Origin: Cirrosporium novae-zelandiae
Lineage: Eukaryota
Assembly (NCBI GenBank): GCA_026023565.1
Contig: JAPETS010000050.1
Location: 62,001 to 126,000, forward strand
DNA length: 64,000 nucleotides
Reading direction: 5' to 3'
Shown in pieces: positions 1-14,420 of the stretch (its first letter is position 1; each line of letters opens with the position of its first letter). Below the pieces are notes generated by a model, which saw only the letters and a list, made by a program, of their open reading frames with translations, was not told the origin of the DNA and did not search any database. A program made the translations under genes and the position numbers.

Positions 1-1
1 C

Positions 2-1030
2 CTGAAAAACTTTGCGATCACAATCTGCACTGCTCGCCAGAACTGGACGATGGAAGAATTCGTCTCCAAAGAAATTGCTCGCATCCGTACCATGGTAGGA
101 GAAAAAGGCCAAGTCATCGGAGCCGTTAGTGGTGGTGTCGACTCTACCGTTGCTGCCAAGCTCATGAAAGAAGCTATTGGGGATCGTTTCCATGCCGTCC
201 TAGTCGATAACGGCGTTCTCCGGCTAAACGAAGCCAAAACTGTCCATGAAACACTCACGAAGCACTTGGGCATCAAGCTCACCGTTGTCGACGCGAGCGA
301 GCGTTTTCTCGGCCTCCTCAAAGGCGTCACAGATCCCGAACGCAAACGCAAGATTATCGGAAACACATTCATTGAGATCTTCCAGGACACAGCGAAATCA
401 ATTGCTGCTGCTGCTGCCGGCTCACCCAGTGCAGGCGAGATTGAGTGGCTTCTTCAAGGCACACTATACCCCGACGTCATCGAGAGCATCTCTTTCAAAG
501 GCCCCAGCGCAACCATCAAAACACACCACAACGTAGGCGGACTCCTCCCAGACATGCATCTCAAGCTCATCGAGCCACTGCGCGAGCTCTTCAAGGATGA
601 AGTTCGCGCCTTGGGCGAGAATCTCGGCATTCCTGAAGACCTCGTATGGCGACATCCCTTCCCTGGACCTGGCATCGCCATTCGCTGTCTCGGTGAAGTA
701 ACACGCGAAAAAGTAGAGGTGTCTCGCAAGGCCGACCATATTTTCATTTCCGAGATCAGGGAGGCAGGGCTTTATCGCAAGATTTCCCAAGCCTATGCGG
801 CCGTGATGAGTGATCGGGCGGTGGGCGTCATGGGAGACAAGAGGGTTTATGGATACATTGTGGTGCTTAGGGCGGTAGTGACAACGGATTTTATGACCGC
901 AGACTCGTTTGAATTCGAGGAGAGCTTCCTAAAAAGAGTGAAGAATAGGCTTACGAATGAAGTTGAGGGCGTAGCAAGGGTTTTCCATGATATCACTAGC
1001 AAGCCACCTGGAACAATTGAAATGGAGTAA
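2..1030 (+). CDS. GUA1: GMP synthase (glutamine-hydrolysing), C-terminal part; 5' end lies outside the window
   Basis: Frame is open from base 2 ([20 protein letters not shown]...). Contains PP-loop [37 protein letters not shown] and the C-terminal [11 protein letters not shown] motif. Confidence 0.97.
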   Translation: MKNFAITICTARQNWTMEEFVSKEIARIRTMVGEKGQVIGAVSGGVDSTVAAKLMKEAIGDRFHAVLVDNGVLRLNEAKTVHETLTKHLGIKLTVVDASERFLGLLKGVTDPERKRKIIGNTFIEIFQDTAKSIAAAAAGSPSAGEIEWLLQGTLYPDVIESISFKGPSATIKTHHNVGGLLPDMHLKLIEPLRELFKDEVRALGENLGIPEDLVWRHPFPGPGIAIRCLGEVTREKVEVSRKADHIFISEIREAGLYRKISQAYAAVMSDRAVGVMGDKRVYGYIVVLRAVVTTDFMTADSFEFEESFLKRVKNRLTNEVEGVARVFHDITSKPPGTIEME

Positions 1031-1573
1031 GGGTCCCCACCAAAAAAGGGAGAGAGAGTGAAAAACAAAACAAAAAACAAAATCTAGGAACGATCTAGAG
1101 AAATGGCTCTACTATTTATGGTGTTTTTTTTTAATATTCCAGGATAAGAGACCCACGAGCATGACTTGTTTTCTCGAAGCTTATAGAAAAAAATTTCGAT
1201 CCTTTTTATTTGGAGTTCTGAAAAGATGATAAATTAGCTCTAGTTAGTTAGAATTATACCCTCTATTAGAAACCAATACCTTTTTTTTACGTTTTAAGTA
1301 AATTGTAGATGAATATTGCTAAATTAATCTTAGATTCACATGACCCTGAATATGATATTGGTAAGTACGTAGAGTTGGGGTACAAGAGAAATTAGGGGTC
1401 AAAGCAAAATGTGATATTGTGGTATATATACAGTACAAACTTCAACCCAGAGTTAGCGATGGTTAGGTTAGCTAGTGTGTTGAGTCCAGGACACTTGTAC
1501 CCTTGAAGTACACATTAAAATGAACATGAGAGCTAAGAACAAGATAATAGAACATAATGAATAGGTACCTAGG

Positions 1574-1734
1574 TGTTACGGATGCCAAGCCACATACACG
1601 TGACATCATGTGACCCACTGTATATAGATTCTCACCTTGCACCTTAGCTTCGAGAACCTTAAGTTATCATAGAATCCAAACCAGTTACACCTAGATTGAG
1701 CCTCACTGAGCCCCATATCCTAGGCGTCGTAACA
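1574..1734. mobile_element. Solo LTR of an LTR retrotransposon (161 bp)
   Basis: Begins TGTTACG and ends CGTAACA (perfect 7-bp inverted termini). Flanked on both sides by CTAGG (1569-1573 and 1735-1739). Internal TATATA. Confidence 0.85.
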
Positions 1735-2409
1735 CTAGGTTATAGATATGTAAGTATATATATATATCAACATTCATTTCCCCCCCTCTAGATCCTTTAC
1801 TCAATCACCCAAAATCTTCCTCTATAATTCTGCCCCCCTCTAGGAATTATGAAGTGAGGGGGTGAACGAGAAGGACAAATCACTCATCATTGACTGCTGT
1901 CCCTCGTGTAATGTTGAGGGTTATGGCCTATTGATAGATATATAAATAGCGTTTGGATGTAGCTTGGAGAAATAATTGGGATGGGAAGGGGAAGGGGGAG
2001 TCGGAATAGACCTGGGATTTCTGGCACAGGTTGTCTTTTTTCTAAGTATATATAGTTTTGAGGAAAGTTGAGAGATCATCACCACCCTTCAAAAGATAGC
2101 TTCATCGAAGGGCCACTTTGACTATCATGCTTATCCTCATCGCCTGTGCTATTAAATGATGTAGAGTAGAGCTTCTGTCAGGCACTGGGGCACAATCCAA
2201 TAAACAGCCATTAAAAGCGGATGGTAGTCTGCGAAACCTGTGGCTAGAATCGAAGAAGTGGAGTGAGAAAGTCCCGTGTTACCTTATAAGATATTTTTTT
2301 AGTTTTGGTTGTTGGATCTTGCAGTTCGAGAAGGTTTCCCAGTAAAACGAAGATGGAACTGGCCACGAATTCCGTCACACTCGAAGCTCTTCTCACCAAC
2401 ACGAACCTG

Positions 2410-2816
2410 TCATATGTAGCGAAACATGTTATCCCTTACACCCCTTTTCATAGCAACAGGTTTTCCATCCTCGAGCTCCATTCCAGCTTGGCCTCCATCT
2501 CCAGCAATGTCCTCGAGTTTTTGACGAAGTTCTTCGTCTGCTTCGGCCATGGTCTTGATTTGTTTCTTTGCAGCAGAGGCAGAGGTTTTCAGGTCCTTGC
2601 TCTTCTCCTGGGGGGTTTTTTTTGCTTAGCCGGTTATGTTCTCAATAAGTTGAAAGCGTACATTTGTACATTTTCATCAGCCAGAACCGTAGCGGAAGAC
2701 TCGGTCTTGGCAGCTCTGGAAATGCATCGGACTGAGCCTCTGAGCGATGGAACCCCGTGGAGAATACTGCTGCGGGGAATAAGCTGTCTCTGGAGATATT
2801 GGAATATCAAAGGCAT
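2410..2816 (-). CDS. Small uncharacterised fungal protein, two exons, with a basic N-terminus resembling a mitochondrial presequence
   Basis: Exon 1 reads MPLIFQYLQRQLIPRSS...ADEN. An intron at ~2609-2669 has a CTAAG branch and CAG acceptor (donor uncertain). Exon 2 reads EKSKDLK...EADEELRQKLEDIAGDGGQAGMELEDGKPVAMKRGVRDNMFRYI*, a C-terminus I recall from conserved fungal hypothetical proteins. Confidence 0.65.
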
Positions 2817-3176
2817 TATGGGGATCGTTATCTGTTGTTTAATGCTAAACAACCCTTGCCGTGAAAGTCAAGGTAAGTAAGGTGAGGGTGAGAGAATTTG
2901 TCCAAGTGACGTTCTCATCGGCATCGGGGGATAGGCCTAAAGTCCGGGGTCCTTCTCTTACCCGAGAAGGACCCCGTTGGCTGACATTTCTTTGCTTGCC
3001 CCTGACCCTTGGTCGGATTTCACCATCCAGTGCATTGCAGGACCTTAACCAACATTTCAGCTTCCCAAAGGCCTACACTCTAAACACCCTTCTTCAACCA
3101 CCTTCTCTTTAAAGCCTCCCAACCCACTCCACTACACCAAATATATTTTATATAATACTTTCGGAACGCAGACAAG

Positions 3177-4082
<906 letters not shown>

Positions 4083-5512
4083 ATATGATATCCAACCCGC
4101 TCTTCTCTTCTCAGGGAAAAATCAACGACGTTTTTAATGTACAGTTCAAGACCACTGGTTCCATTTGCTTCATGTTTGTCGATAAAGAAATATCCGCTTG
4201 CATATGAGAGAGAACGGGACACACCATTGACCATTGGGAGGGGGGAAGGGAAAGAAAGCTTGGGGCAAAGGGGGGGACAGGCGTTTCAGGGGGCGCCACA
4301 AACTTCGTGTGAAGGGAAAAGAGTCCGACAAACTTCTCTGTATTGATTTACAATTTCTCTTTCTCCTTTTGGTTTTTTTCCATAAGGAGGGGGGGAGTGG
4401 AGAGGTGATGCTGATGTTTCTAATACTAAAGCGACTACCTACTTAATTTGGAAAGAATAATTCGTTCCACGAAGAGAGAGGGGAAGGCTCTTTTTTTTCT
4501 TCTTTCTTCACTACATGTTGTGTCCTCGGTCACGAGGAGAGGGACAAAGAGATAAGTTGCTTGGAGTACACTCCTGAATGCTCCTGTGTGTGCTCTGTTT
4601 CTTTCGACAATAGAATATACGAGGTCTAGCTTTTTTTTAAAAATCAAGAATGGTATAAAGAGAATACACCCTAATCTCTAATTATGGACTTAATTAGGCT
4701 CTTAGTTCTTAAATACTATCCCCCCCGAATTGAAGCTAAGAGCTCTAGATTCATTTTTGGAACGGCATCGGGTGCGGGTTACATTGAGGATGGGGGACAA
4801 GTGGGGGATAAGAGAAGAGCAGGAGTTCCTGAGACGACTTCATGTATCTCTTCGTCTTGCGTACGACTAGCTAAGGGTGACGTAAATGGTGATGCCACTG
4901 TGTATACATGTTATACCTTGGAGGGGGCCTTGAAAACAATTTTTCTACGAAAATCGATTTGGACTATAAACTGGCATGTTTGCTTGATGTAAGTCAGGTA
5001 AAAGAAGCTACGGGGTTAAATTATGAAACATATAAAGGAGAATTACAACAAAGGAAGAAAGAATGGATAAATCTACGGCACGTGTCCATTCAATCTAGCA
5101 AAAAAAAAGCAATTGGGATTTCTATTCATCCATCGCCATCCATCCATTACCATCGAGTTAAGCTTAGCTTCACCTTAAGCCCAAAATGAAAAAGGAAGCC
5201 TAGCTAGAAAAGGCTATATAAAAAATACCTATGTTAATTTGTCCGAGAGTCCATCTGGAGCTTGTTCCACAAAGCTCGGAATTGAGAAGAAAGATGAATT
5301 AACTCCTAGCCAAAAAAAACACCCTTTTTAAGATCTGCAACCCCCTTCAACGTCCAGAGCCACATCACTTTGCCGAGGTTGAACTCGGCTTTATACAACA
5401 GCATCCTGGTTCATGCAAAACGGTCCTTCCGACTTGTACAAAATGCACCATGCAACATTTCATCTACCCGATCTATACTCGTTGTCATCATGTTCATCAC
5501 TTCATTCTCCAT

Positions 5513-8500
5513 TTAGCATAATGCTAATGGAATGGGAGGAGGTTGCGTTGAAGCAACCGAGAAAAGAGGTTCATTAGTCTCGTCAATTGCAGTATCGGTA
5601 TCGTTATTAGAATTAGAATTAATAGTGGGGGTGTTCGCTTTTGGAGTTGAAATGTCACTGGTATCGGCTTCGGGACCGGTGAGGGCTTTGCGAATTGTGG
5701 CAACTTTGTCAACGATGACGGCGTCAATACCTTCTTTTTGTTGAAGCTAAGAATAGTTAGTAACGAAGTTGATAGTAGCGGGCAAGGACACAAAGTTTTC
5801 ATGGCTTTACGCCGTTGAAACTTTCAACGAGAATCGGCTCGATTCTGGATGGGACATCGTGGGAGGCACTTACATTTGCATTTCTTGGATCATTGTTGGA
5901 AACCCCGTATGACATGAGTACAAGCCCGGATTCTTTCACAACTCTAACAAGTCTTGGGGCTAAGCAGAGTGGCAGAGCCTCCGAAACGATCCCAAATAAA
6001 TTCCATCGAGAGGTAAATCGAATAGCTTCCTGCAAACTGCTGGCTCGAATATCCGAAACAGGACAGGCTCCAGAGTCCGTAAGAAGGAGCACTGGAATAG
6101 ATGGTTGCTTGAAGGAAAGGAGAAGACAGATATCAGGGTTGAAGCTTGAAAAGATCATAGGTCGACCATAACCAAAATCGTATACTTTCGCTAGGATAGT
6201 GTCGACAAAGGAGTTGAGCTCAACAGCATAAGTGTCCATGTCTTCCTCTTCCGTTTCATGGAGCATAGGATATTCTATGAAAAAGTTAGATAGAGGACTA
6301 GACCCGGCATATATTTTACTCACTTAGCTCAATATCGAATCCTACGTCGGGTTTTACTTTCCTAAACATCTCTTCTAGAGTCGTGAAAGATGATTGGATA
6401 AAATTTCCTCTGCTATTTCCCTTGAAGCCCTTCTTCTTAAAATCACGTGTATGTTTCATGCGTTCGCTCATCTCATCTACATCTCGTTCAGAATTTCCAA
6501 CAGACATCGATCGTTGCCTTTGAGATTCCGAATTTTGGATTTCTCTGATTTTGGGACCTTTGGATCGGAAAGGAGAAATAGGTCTTGGTGGGCGAAGAGT
6601 TCGTCCCTCTCCCACGTGCATAAACTAGAAGAGATTAGTACGTTCTCAGATATAGATTAAAAAAATAGGATAGCGAACTTGTTCAGCAGTAAGAGTATGA
6701 ACTGGAGCATCAATGCCCGTCTCGCTGACGAGGAAATCATGATAGATGACAGGGACATGATCCTTAGTCAGTTGAACATCTATTACAGTTAGAACACTAC
6801 CAGCAAGGGGTTAATCGGGAAGATTACCAAACTACCGAAAATTAGCAACCCAAAGCTATACAAGGACAGGAATGCTATTAATACTAACCTCGACATATTG
6901 AGCACCAAGATTTGCAGCCGCGATAAATGACTATATCAGGTTAGGTTTTGGACTCAACATATTTAAAGGAATACTAACCTGGATAGTATTTTCGCCTAGC
7001 TGAAGGGACTTTTTATCCACAGTATTTTTGCCAAGTCCTTCACAAAGGTTAGGAAGCCACAAGCAGGGATGACAGAAATATCGATTCACCTCTATGGCCA
7101 ATAAGTCTAGTCGATGTCACACTCTTCCAATAGGTATGATTCTCGGTAATTGTCATGTTTGGGTGAGAGAATGGCGTAATGATTAAAAAGTTGAAGGTAA
7201 CAGATCCAATTACTTCCAACGTTTCTGCAGCGATAATAGGAACAACCAAATCTCCCTGGAGATTGCTCTTCTTTGAGCCAATACCAGGTTTAACACTCGA
7301 TAGCAATGCGACTCCTCTTCCTACCTTTTTTTCCTTCGAACCAGCATAGGTAGGAATAATGTCAAACAAAAGTCTCACCTTAGACGGATCTTTGGTGTAA
7401 AATGCAAACGGCTCTGTACTAATGTTTTCATGAACTGGAAGATCAACCGTTTCCGGTTCTCCATGGGCACCGCTAGCTGACACGACTATAGACAGTGCAG
7501 TGTCGAGTTGTGTAGAATGGGCATCTGCAAGAGGGATCTGATCAAGTTTGACAGCTGGTGTCTGCTTCCGCATATCCATAGTTCCCAGACTAACGAGTAC
7601 TAAACTTTCGTCTGTGAGGTATCTGTGACCAAAGGTCTTTACTGTTTGCGTGCTTCGAATTGCCGGGTTGCTATTGATGACACCATTTGAATTTCGATCA
7701 AGTAGGGAGGAATGTGGAGGAGAGCCTGAAACAGCAAGAGTAGAAACATCGGAATCGGAAACATCAGGTGGTGTTGTTAGGGCAGCCAGCCGTTTAGCAA
7801 TATCGATATGGCCCCTTAGTGCAGCATGTTCTTTTGCTGTCCACCCTGAGGAATCTCGTCTTTCCAAGTCTACACCATAATCAATAAGTAAGTTCACGAT
7901 CGAAAGTTGCCCATCTACTGCGGCGATGTGAAGTGCTGTCCATGCGTAGTGCTTTTCAGGAATCTCAGGATCGGCTCGTTGATCATCAGTTCCTTGAAGC
8001 AAAATGCTTGCGCATTCGGTGCATCCAAATCGAGCTGCGATATGTAACGCTGTTTCACCTTGTTCATCACGATAATTGATCTCTACACCAGCATCGACTA
8101 GTAATTTCACAATCTCGGTCGAGTTTACTTTGGTTGCAAGAGCTAAGACTGCACTTGTTTTGGATTTGTTCTTTCGACTTGTGTCACTAGATCTCTGGGC
8201 ACCGGCATCTCTCTCGGCATCCAGAAGGGCTTTTGTTGTCAAAGGATGGTTTCCCATGACACTCAAATGCAAAGGAGCCCAGCCCTCGAAATCTTGCCAG
8301 GCAGGACCATCGATGCCTTGGGAAACATCGAGCTGGTTCCATGCTTGCATATGATCAATAATGGTTGCACAGACGACAACAAATCCATACTGAGCTGCAT
8401 AGTGCAATGGCGTTCGTCCAAACGAATCAATAGCTTTCAAGGCGTTTTGTTGGCGAGGTCGAAGAGAATCCAACAAATAGATTAAAAGCGATACGGCTGG

Positions 8501-9701
8501 ATCATTTGCACCAAGCAAGTGGCGTCCGTTTGCCTCTCTTCCCAAAAATTTGTTTGGGGTTAATATAGGAGTAGCAGCCGGGGTAATATAGTTTGCCAAG
8601 CCAAGCTCGACCTCATTATCCTTTGGCTGACCATCCTCGGTTGATTTAGCGCGCCCAATAGCGATAACAAGCCGATGTATGCAATTTCTATTCGCGATAT
8701 CTTCTGGTTCATCCAATGTCACGATTTGATCGAGTAGTTTGTCGATGCACATCCTAGCTCGGCAGGAAATTGCCCGTTGTAATAGGGATAATAACAAACT
8801 CTGATATGAGGGAGCCTTTGCATCTTCGGCCCCCGACTTGGCTTCTGGCAAAAGCTCCAATAGAATAGATACATCATCTGTACGTATGGCTTGGTTAACA
8901 GTGTCAAGCAACCCTGTCGGAAGTTTAAGGGCTGCTCGTGAGGGTGCAGTTCGTGCAGAAAGGGAAGAATGTGTTGATGATGCATCGTCAAATAGCGCAG
9001 CATCAGAAACATTCGATAGCTTCATAATCCAATTATTGACCATATCCATGGACTGAATAAGGTCGGAATTGGTAGCAAATAGTTTTGGGTCAACCTTAGA
9101 TTCGAGGTATGTGGGTTGGGCATTAGTTCCAGGTAGTTTCTTATCCAATTTTTTGGTGATTTTGACAAAGCCTCGTCTATTTACTTCTCCATACCATCGT
9201 AACTTTCTTAAATGTCCACGCAGTTCAAGTAAGGCCCCAGTTAGGTCTTCTAGTTCATCTTTCTCCATTCTCTGTGGCGTTTCGGACGACTTTCCATATC
9301 GCTCTTCTAGTAGTTTAAGTCGCCGAGCTGATTCGGCGAATTTTTTGTTGTAGAAAGAGTCTACGTCTTCGACATTTCGGTCCAAGGAGTAGAGAAATTC
9401 TGCTTGTCCATCAGTATCCAAAGTTCTCACCAAGGAGAAATCAAGCCACTTCAACCACGACTCGCTGAATTGAGACAACTATTGAAGATGCTTTTCATGG
9501 TGAGGTATCCCCTTCAAAAAGCCCTTCTCTAATCATGGCTCACATGTAGACAAATAAAAGCTTACCAGCAAGATCAACCTCATGGCCGTTTTTGAAAGCA
9601 AGAACAGTCGATTTGATAAGCTTTTTTAAAGCTTTATATTTGATGTAGGAATCTGCCCATTCCGGCACCATAGACTGGGCCAAATTCCTTCCGAACTTCA
9701 T
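5513..9701 (-). CDS. GDE1: Glycerophosphodiester phosphodiesterase with SPX and ankyrin-repeat domains, multi-exon
   Basis: N-terminal SPX (MKFGRNL..VPEWADSYIKYKALKKLIK; NRRGFVKITKKLDK). Ankyrin repeats (GRTPLHYAA, GETALHIAA). GDPD motifs IGHRG, DVQLTKD, FSSFNPD and last exon GIDAVIVD. Confidence 0.95.
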
Positions 9702-10827
9702 CTTCGAGGTAGATATATGGTGTGATAGATTGAGATAGATCGACGTGCTTTTCTTCAGAGCGACCCACAATTCTCGTGTAAATCACAGGACAAGAGTAAT
9801 AATCTTATGTTTCTCCACTAAAGAACAACTCCTCGCATCGAAAGATCGAATTAGTTCTGAAGGTCGCTCGATGTTCTGGTTGCAAGGTACTTTGTACACG
9901 AAATAGATGTCCACCCCACTTAATAAAGGTCGACAGTAATTCTTGGGTAGATTTAGAAGTCACCTGGTTAACTAGTTATTGATATGGAGCTGGGAAATGG
10001 CGAATGTATATCAAGCGCAAACAGTTCACCGGTGTCGCCATTGAGCCTTCGTATTGGCAGGACTGTATTTGTTTTCTTCAAGGATGTGATTCAAGGTAGG
10101 GAGAAATCAAGGAAATAAAATAGACTTGGAAGGGGGAGGCGTGATTGAGATACGATGCCTGGGTGGTCAAAACTGAGTTCGGGTAGTTTGCTTTTCCCTG
10201 GGGAATGTTCAAGGGCAGAAGGGTCAGAGCACAGTTTGATTGATGATTTTAGCCGCCATTATTCTTATTAAGTCTTCCAAGCCACAAACAGAAGTTGGCT
10301 TTCAGGGTGATGGAAGAATATTAATACAAAATCAGACTTTATTTTGCCTACACCGGTTGGTAGATACATGTGGTCTGGATTCAGGATATTTTGGCTGCAA
10401 TGATCATGGGGGGGTGAACGTGGGCGCTGGTAATCAACCATGTCGGCCCGAGAAGACCCGGACAAAGAAACCGTCATCAACGGCTTATTGACCTGCGAAC
10501 AGCCCTGACAGGTCCCCGACTTTCATTGGAGGTTCTATTGTATATAGAACCACTTGGTGTCCTTGGTGTCCTTGGTGGGGAAATTTCTACCTAGTCCTGT
10601 AGTCCGAGTACCTGTAATTTCTACTCTCAGGGTCCAACATGTGATATTAATAGCACACCATTGGTACACATGGTACACACCTATAACTGTATGGAGATAT
10701 CTTTGAGCTAGAAATACATGCGCTGGATGAGGCCTCCTACGTAGACATTATTAAGATTCATCGAGATCATCACTCAAAATAACCCCTTCATTCATCAACC
10801 AACTATCTTTTGAAGTTTCAAACCCTC

Positions 10828-12204
10828 TTAGGTGGTGTCTCCAGCTATCTGCATGCTACACATGTCCGAGTTGATGCTATCAAGGTCAGGTTTCACCTTG
10901 ACATGAGATGTGTCATCTTTGGTCAAAGGTTCCGGGTCACCTTCCTCTGCTCCGATATCCTCACCGTCTCCATCCTGGTCTTCCGATTCTGGGTCTGATT
11001 CATCGTTTTCAGAGTTTCGCCCGACACCGTTGTCACCATCCACGCCCATTTCCCTCATGTAAGTCTCTAGGTCTTTAGCCATCTTCTTCGAGAAACCTGA
11101 TGCTTCCACCTCTACATCCAACCGTTTGGTTCCTGCCTTACCCACATTTTCCCTGGCCTCCTTAAGGAATGGCCCCGGTTCATTGCTCTTGAAATGAAAT
11201 TTGCGTTCAAAAAAGCGTTTTATGCAATCGACATCTCTGTCAAAATACATTTCGGCATTGGTATGATCAATAGAAACCATCTGAGGGAAGTCAATCAGCA
11301 CCGGATTCAATATGATACCTTTTTCAGGTTGGAATTCTGCAGCTGTAGAATCCTTTACAACCACTTTTTCTTCGATCAATATGTTGAACTCGTTAAAATC
11401 ACCATGAATCAGACCATAGCTAGCCAGCTTCATGATCAAATCTATAAGTTCTGCATACAGAGATGATGGGTCCGGAACGGAAGATATCTGTCTTAGAGGG
11501 AATGCATCAACTAGGCTCATAAGGAGCGTATGTCGATTCTGTGCAAGAGGATCAGGGACGGGAAACCCATTTTCTTTTAGTGCCTTCATAAAGTTGTATT
11601 CCTTGAGAGCAGCAAGCCTTGACATATACATCCAAGATCCTGAACTACGATTTCGAAGATAGTCTCGGTTGGCTTTGACTGTGCGAAATGAGATTCGACC
11701 AAGGCGGTGGATTTTGAGAACACGTTGAGTGCCTGTATTGTCTGCAACGACAAAAATATCTGATTCTTTCCCAACACCTATTTGATTTCCCACAGAGTAT
11801 ACGGATTTTTGTTTTTGGTAGGTGTGGAGGGAAAGGTAATCTAGTCCGCCGTAGGTCAAACGGTAGCCATCATCTACTCGTCCATAAAGAGTTAGTAATA
11901 GGAAGTAGGCATTCTTTGAATATTGAAGTCTCGTCTCACATTTGGCATTTTTGACTTTGCCAATTAATTTGACCTTTGCTAGGTTGGATATAGATTTATG
12001 GACACCGCTTCCACCACGAAGGCCAGATAGTTGCGCGATTAAATTTGTAGGAACAACTTCATGGTTTCTACTGCCCATCTCGACCTATGGTTTTTCTATT
12101 AGCCGTTAGTCGGAAGCCCTATATTATAAGAGTAGACTAACTGCAGTAAGGACACGCCAGTCCTCGGCAGTGAGGTAGCGAAGGGCTCTTGTATCGAGCT
12201 TCAT
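10828..12204 (-). CDS. RIO2: Rio2 serine/threonine kinase (40S ribosome biogenesis), 3 exons
   Basis: Starts MKLDTRALRYLTAEDWRVLTA|VEMGSRNHEVVP. Contains GYRLTYGGLDYL, IGVGKESDI, HRLGRISFR, IHGDFNEFN and IDFPQM. Confidence 0.96.
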
Positions 12205-14252
12205 TTTCAATATGTTGTGTCCTATGAAATTTCTAGGCTACGTTTGACAATAAAAAGCAGCAAGTGGGCAATAATAATTTTCGCGGTAAAACTAGAAGAC
12301 AGTTGAGAGAGGGAAATTGTGGATGTCAAAATTTAAGCTTTGTAGCCAAATCAAGCTTAGTTGCAAATCCCTGGTCCCGCCCTCCGTCTTGGTCTGTGTT
12401 ATCGATAACAGATGATTACCTCCCCTTTTCAGTACAGTAACTATTAAGCCCAGATATCCTAAAGCTACTCCAATTATTCGTATGAGCTGAGCCACTTTCC
12501 TAAGTCAACTACTCCCAAATTTTTGATAAGATCCCCTTAGTTACCCTATGTATAAAAAACTTCGTTCTATCTTATCTCATTTTGTTCAATCAATTTTGCC
12601 TCCAGTTTGTCTTCCTTTGAAGCAAACAAATGCGGTACCAAAGAGCTACTACCATGTGTATTAGGGAACTACCAAGGTTTGAGGTTGTGGCTACTCTATC
12701 TTTTGAAGTCAGTGACCACTCAAGTTATTTTCATCATTGACTTTCCATCAGCAACCTGAATACATTCGAATGTATACTTTCCTGTTTGCTGACTGCGAAA
12801 GCCATCCATTGACTTTAGTTTCGATTGTCATACGGTAAACCGCTAGTAGCCAAACAAGGGAGCACGTGGGAGATATCTATAGGAGACACCTAGTTCATTT
12901 GCTTCAAACAATTGGTTTCGCTTTGCATAGACTCCCGCCATGCTCTAGTCTTGAGAAACAGTACTTTCTTTAAAACCGAATTGTATAAGCCGAACGTAAA
13001 GATATGATGAGAACATTCTCAATCTAATGGGTCTAGGGGTTTTTTTTTCGTTTGTTCAAGCGCTCCTCCAAGTCTCTTTTTTTGCGATAGTCTATTCAAC
13101 AATCACCTAGGCTCACAACCTTTGTAGCTCATATTTCATTTAGAGTCTTGGAAGATGTTAGATGTTCTTTACTATTTGCTATTCTTGGAAAGTATTTCTT
13201 CAATTCCCTTTCCTCTGTTGACGTTCGCCACCATTTTATGATTTAATATATCTCGTCTTATTTCGTGTTTGATAGGTTGTCTTTCACCTACGGTATAATC
13301 AAGAATACTGAAATAGTTAAACCTATCATTTCCCTCTTCAATTGGTTAGACTTGGCCTTGGCCACAGACATGTTTTAAACCCTGCATGTGGATGCCTCAA
13401 CTTTCGGATGGGTACGATCTTTTCCATCATCGCGGCAACCAGAGTTGTAATCTTGCGATAATTTTTCAAGAGAAAGCACCGTAAAAGCTTTGGGACTTTA
13501 CGATTGCATCATATTGTTGGGGCCAACAGCCTTCATATGTTCTCAATCCCGACCTAGGATAAGATAGTGTATGACTAAATCTCATCTCTAGGTTCACAGG
13601 ATACCGGCTTTTTACAGATGTTGCCAAGAACGATATCTGGACTATATCCATCTATGAAATTGAAATAGCTTTGTAACATTGCTTGTTTGTTAAAACATCT
13701 TATGTATTATTGATCAATCTTGTGAAAGCTTCCACTAGCATCTTTATATATTTAGCAATCCTATTACGAAACACAAGGGCTTGCACGATCTTCAATGCTG
13801 TCTATACTCGATCTATATCCTTCTTTATGATTTTCCAATGCCACCCTGTATCTTCAGGGTAGAACTTACAGAAGGATAGTAGAATGTGGTCTGGTGGCTG
13901 CTTGGTAGCTTAACGGATTAGACCTTAGCTGATATCCTGCACTTGATAGTTTACAATTCATATCTAGAATTTAGGACGAGGGTTTAGCCGTTTGCCTTCT
14001 AACTATCGCTGCGGGAAGTATTACATCTTGCGTGTATCTATCTATGTCGCTTGTTGAACGTTGCTGTTTACCACTTTTATAATAATAACACCGTTATATA
14101 ATATCTAAATTTCATTATAGTTAGTTCATAGGTAAATAGGTTGGAGATCCATTTTAATTCTCTAGTTATGAATTACATCGGTTTCAGGCGCAATATTTTA
14201 GTCCCCCTACAATATATTAGAAAATAATAGTCTTTTTGTAGATATAGATAAT

Positions 14253-14420
14253 TGTGACGGTACAGGTTATGGCTTGAGCTATTGAACCGTTTAGCGGTTA
14301 TAGCTTTGCTTACCGGTTATCGGTTATTTGAGCGTAACGCGAGCTATATTTAAGCAATAGCTAGCATAGAAGAATAAAATCATCGATTTTACTATATAGA
14401 CCTCCGAGGGCGCCCTTACA
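14253..14420 (+). mobile_element. Solo LTR (168 bp)
   Basis: Starts TGTGACGG and ends CCCTTACA (imperfect inverted termini, TG..CA). Flanked by ATAAT (14248-14252 and 14421-14425). Internal TATATTTAAG followed by AATAAA. Confidence 0.75.

Noticed and set aside
1378..1502. 9-bp inverted repeat GGGTACAAG/CTTGTACCC
   Set aside because: Too short, with no TSD; not enough to call a MITE.
2305..2880. 191-aa plus-strand ORF
   Set aside because: It is antisense to a better-supported spliced minus-strand gene, has a non-ATG start and has no recognisable motifs.
4773..4783. TGTAACCCGCA shared (inverted) with 29393-29403, resembling an LTR start
   Set aside because: An 11-mer match is expected by chance in 64 kb, and no matching end or TSD was found.
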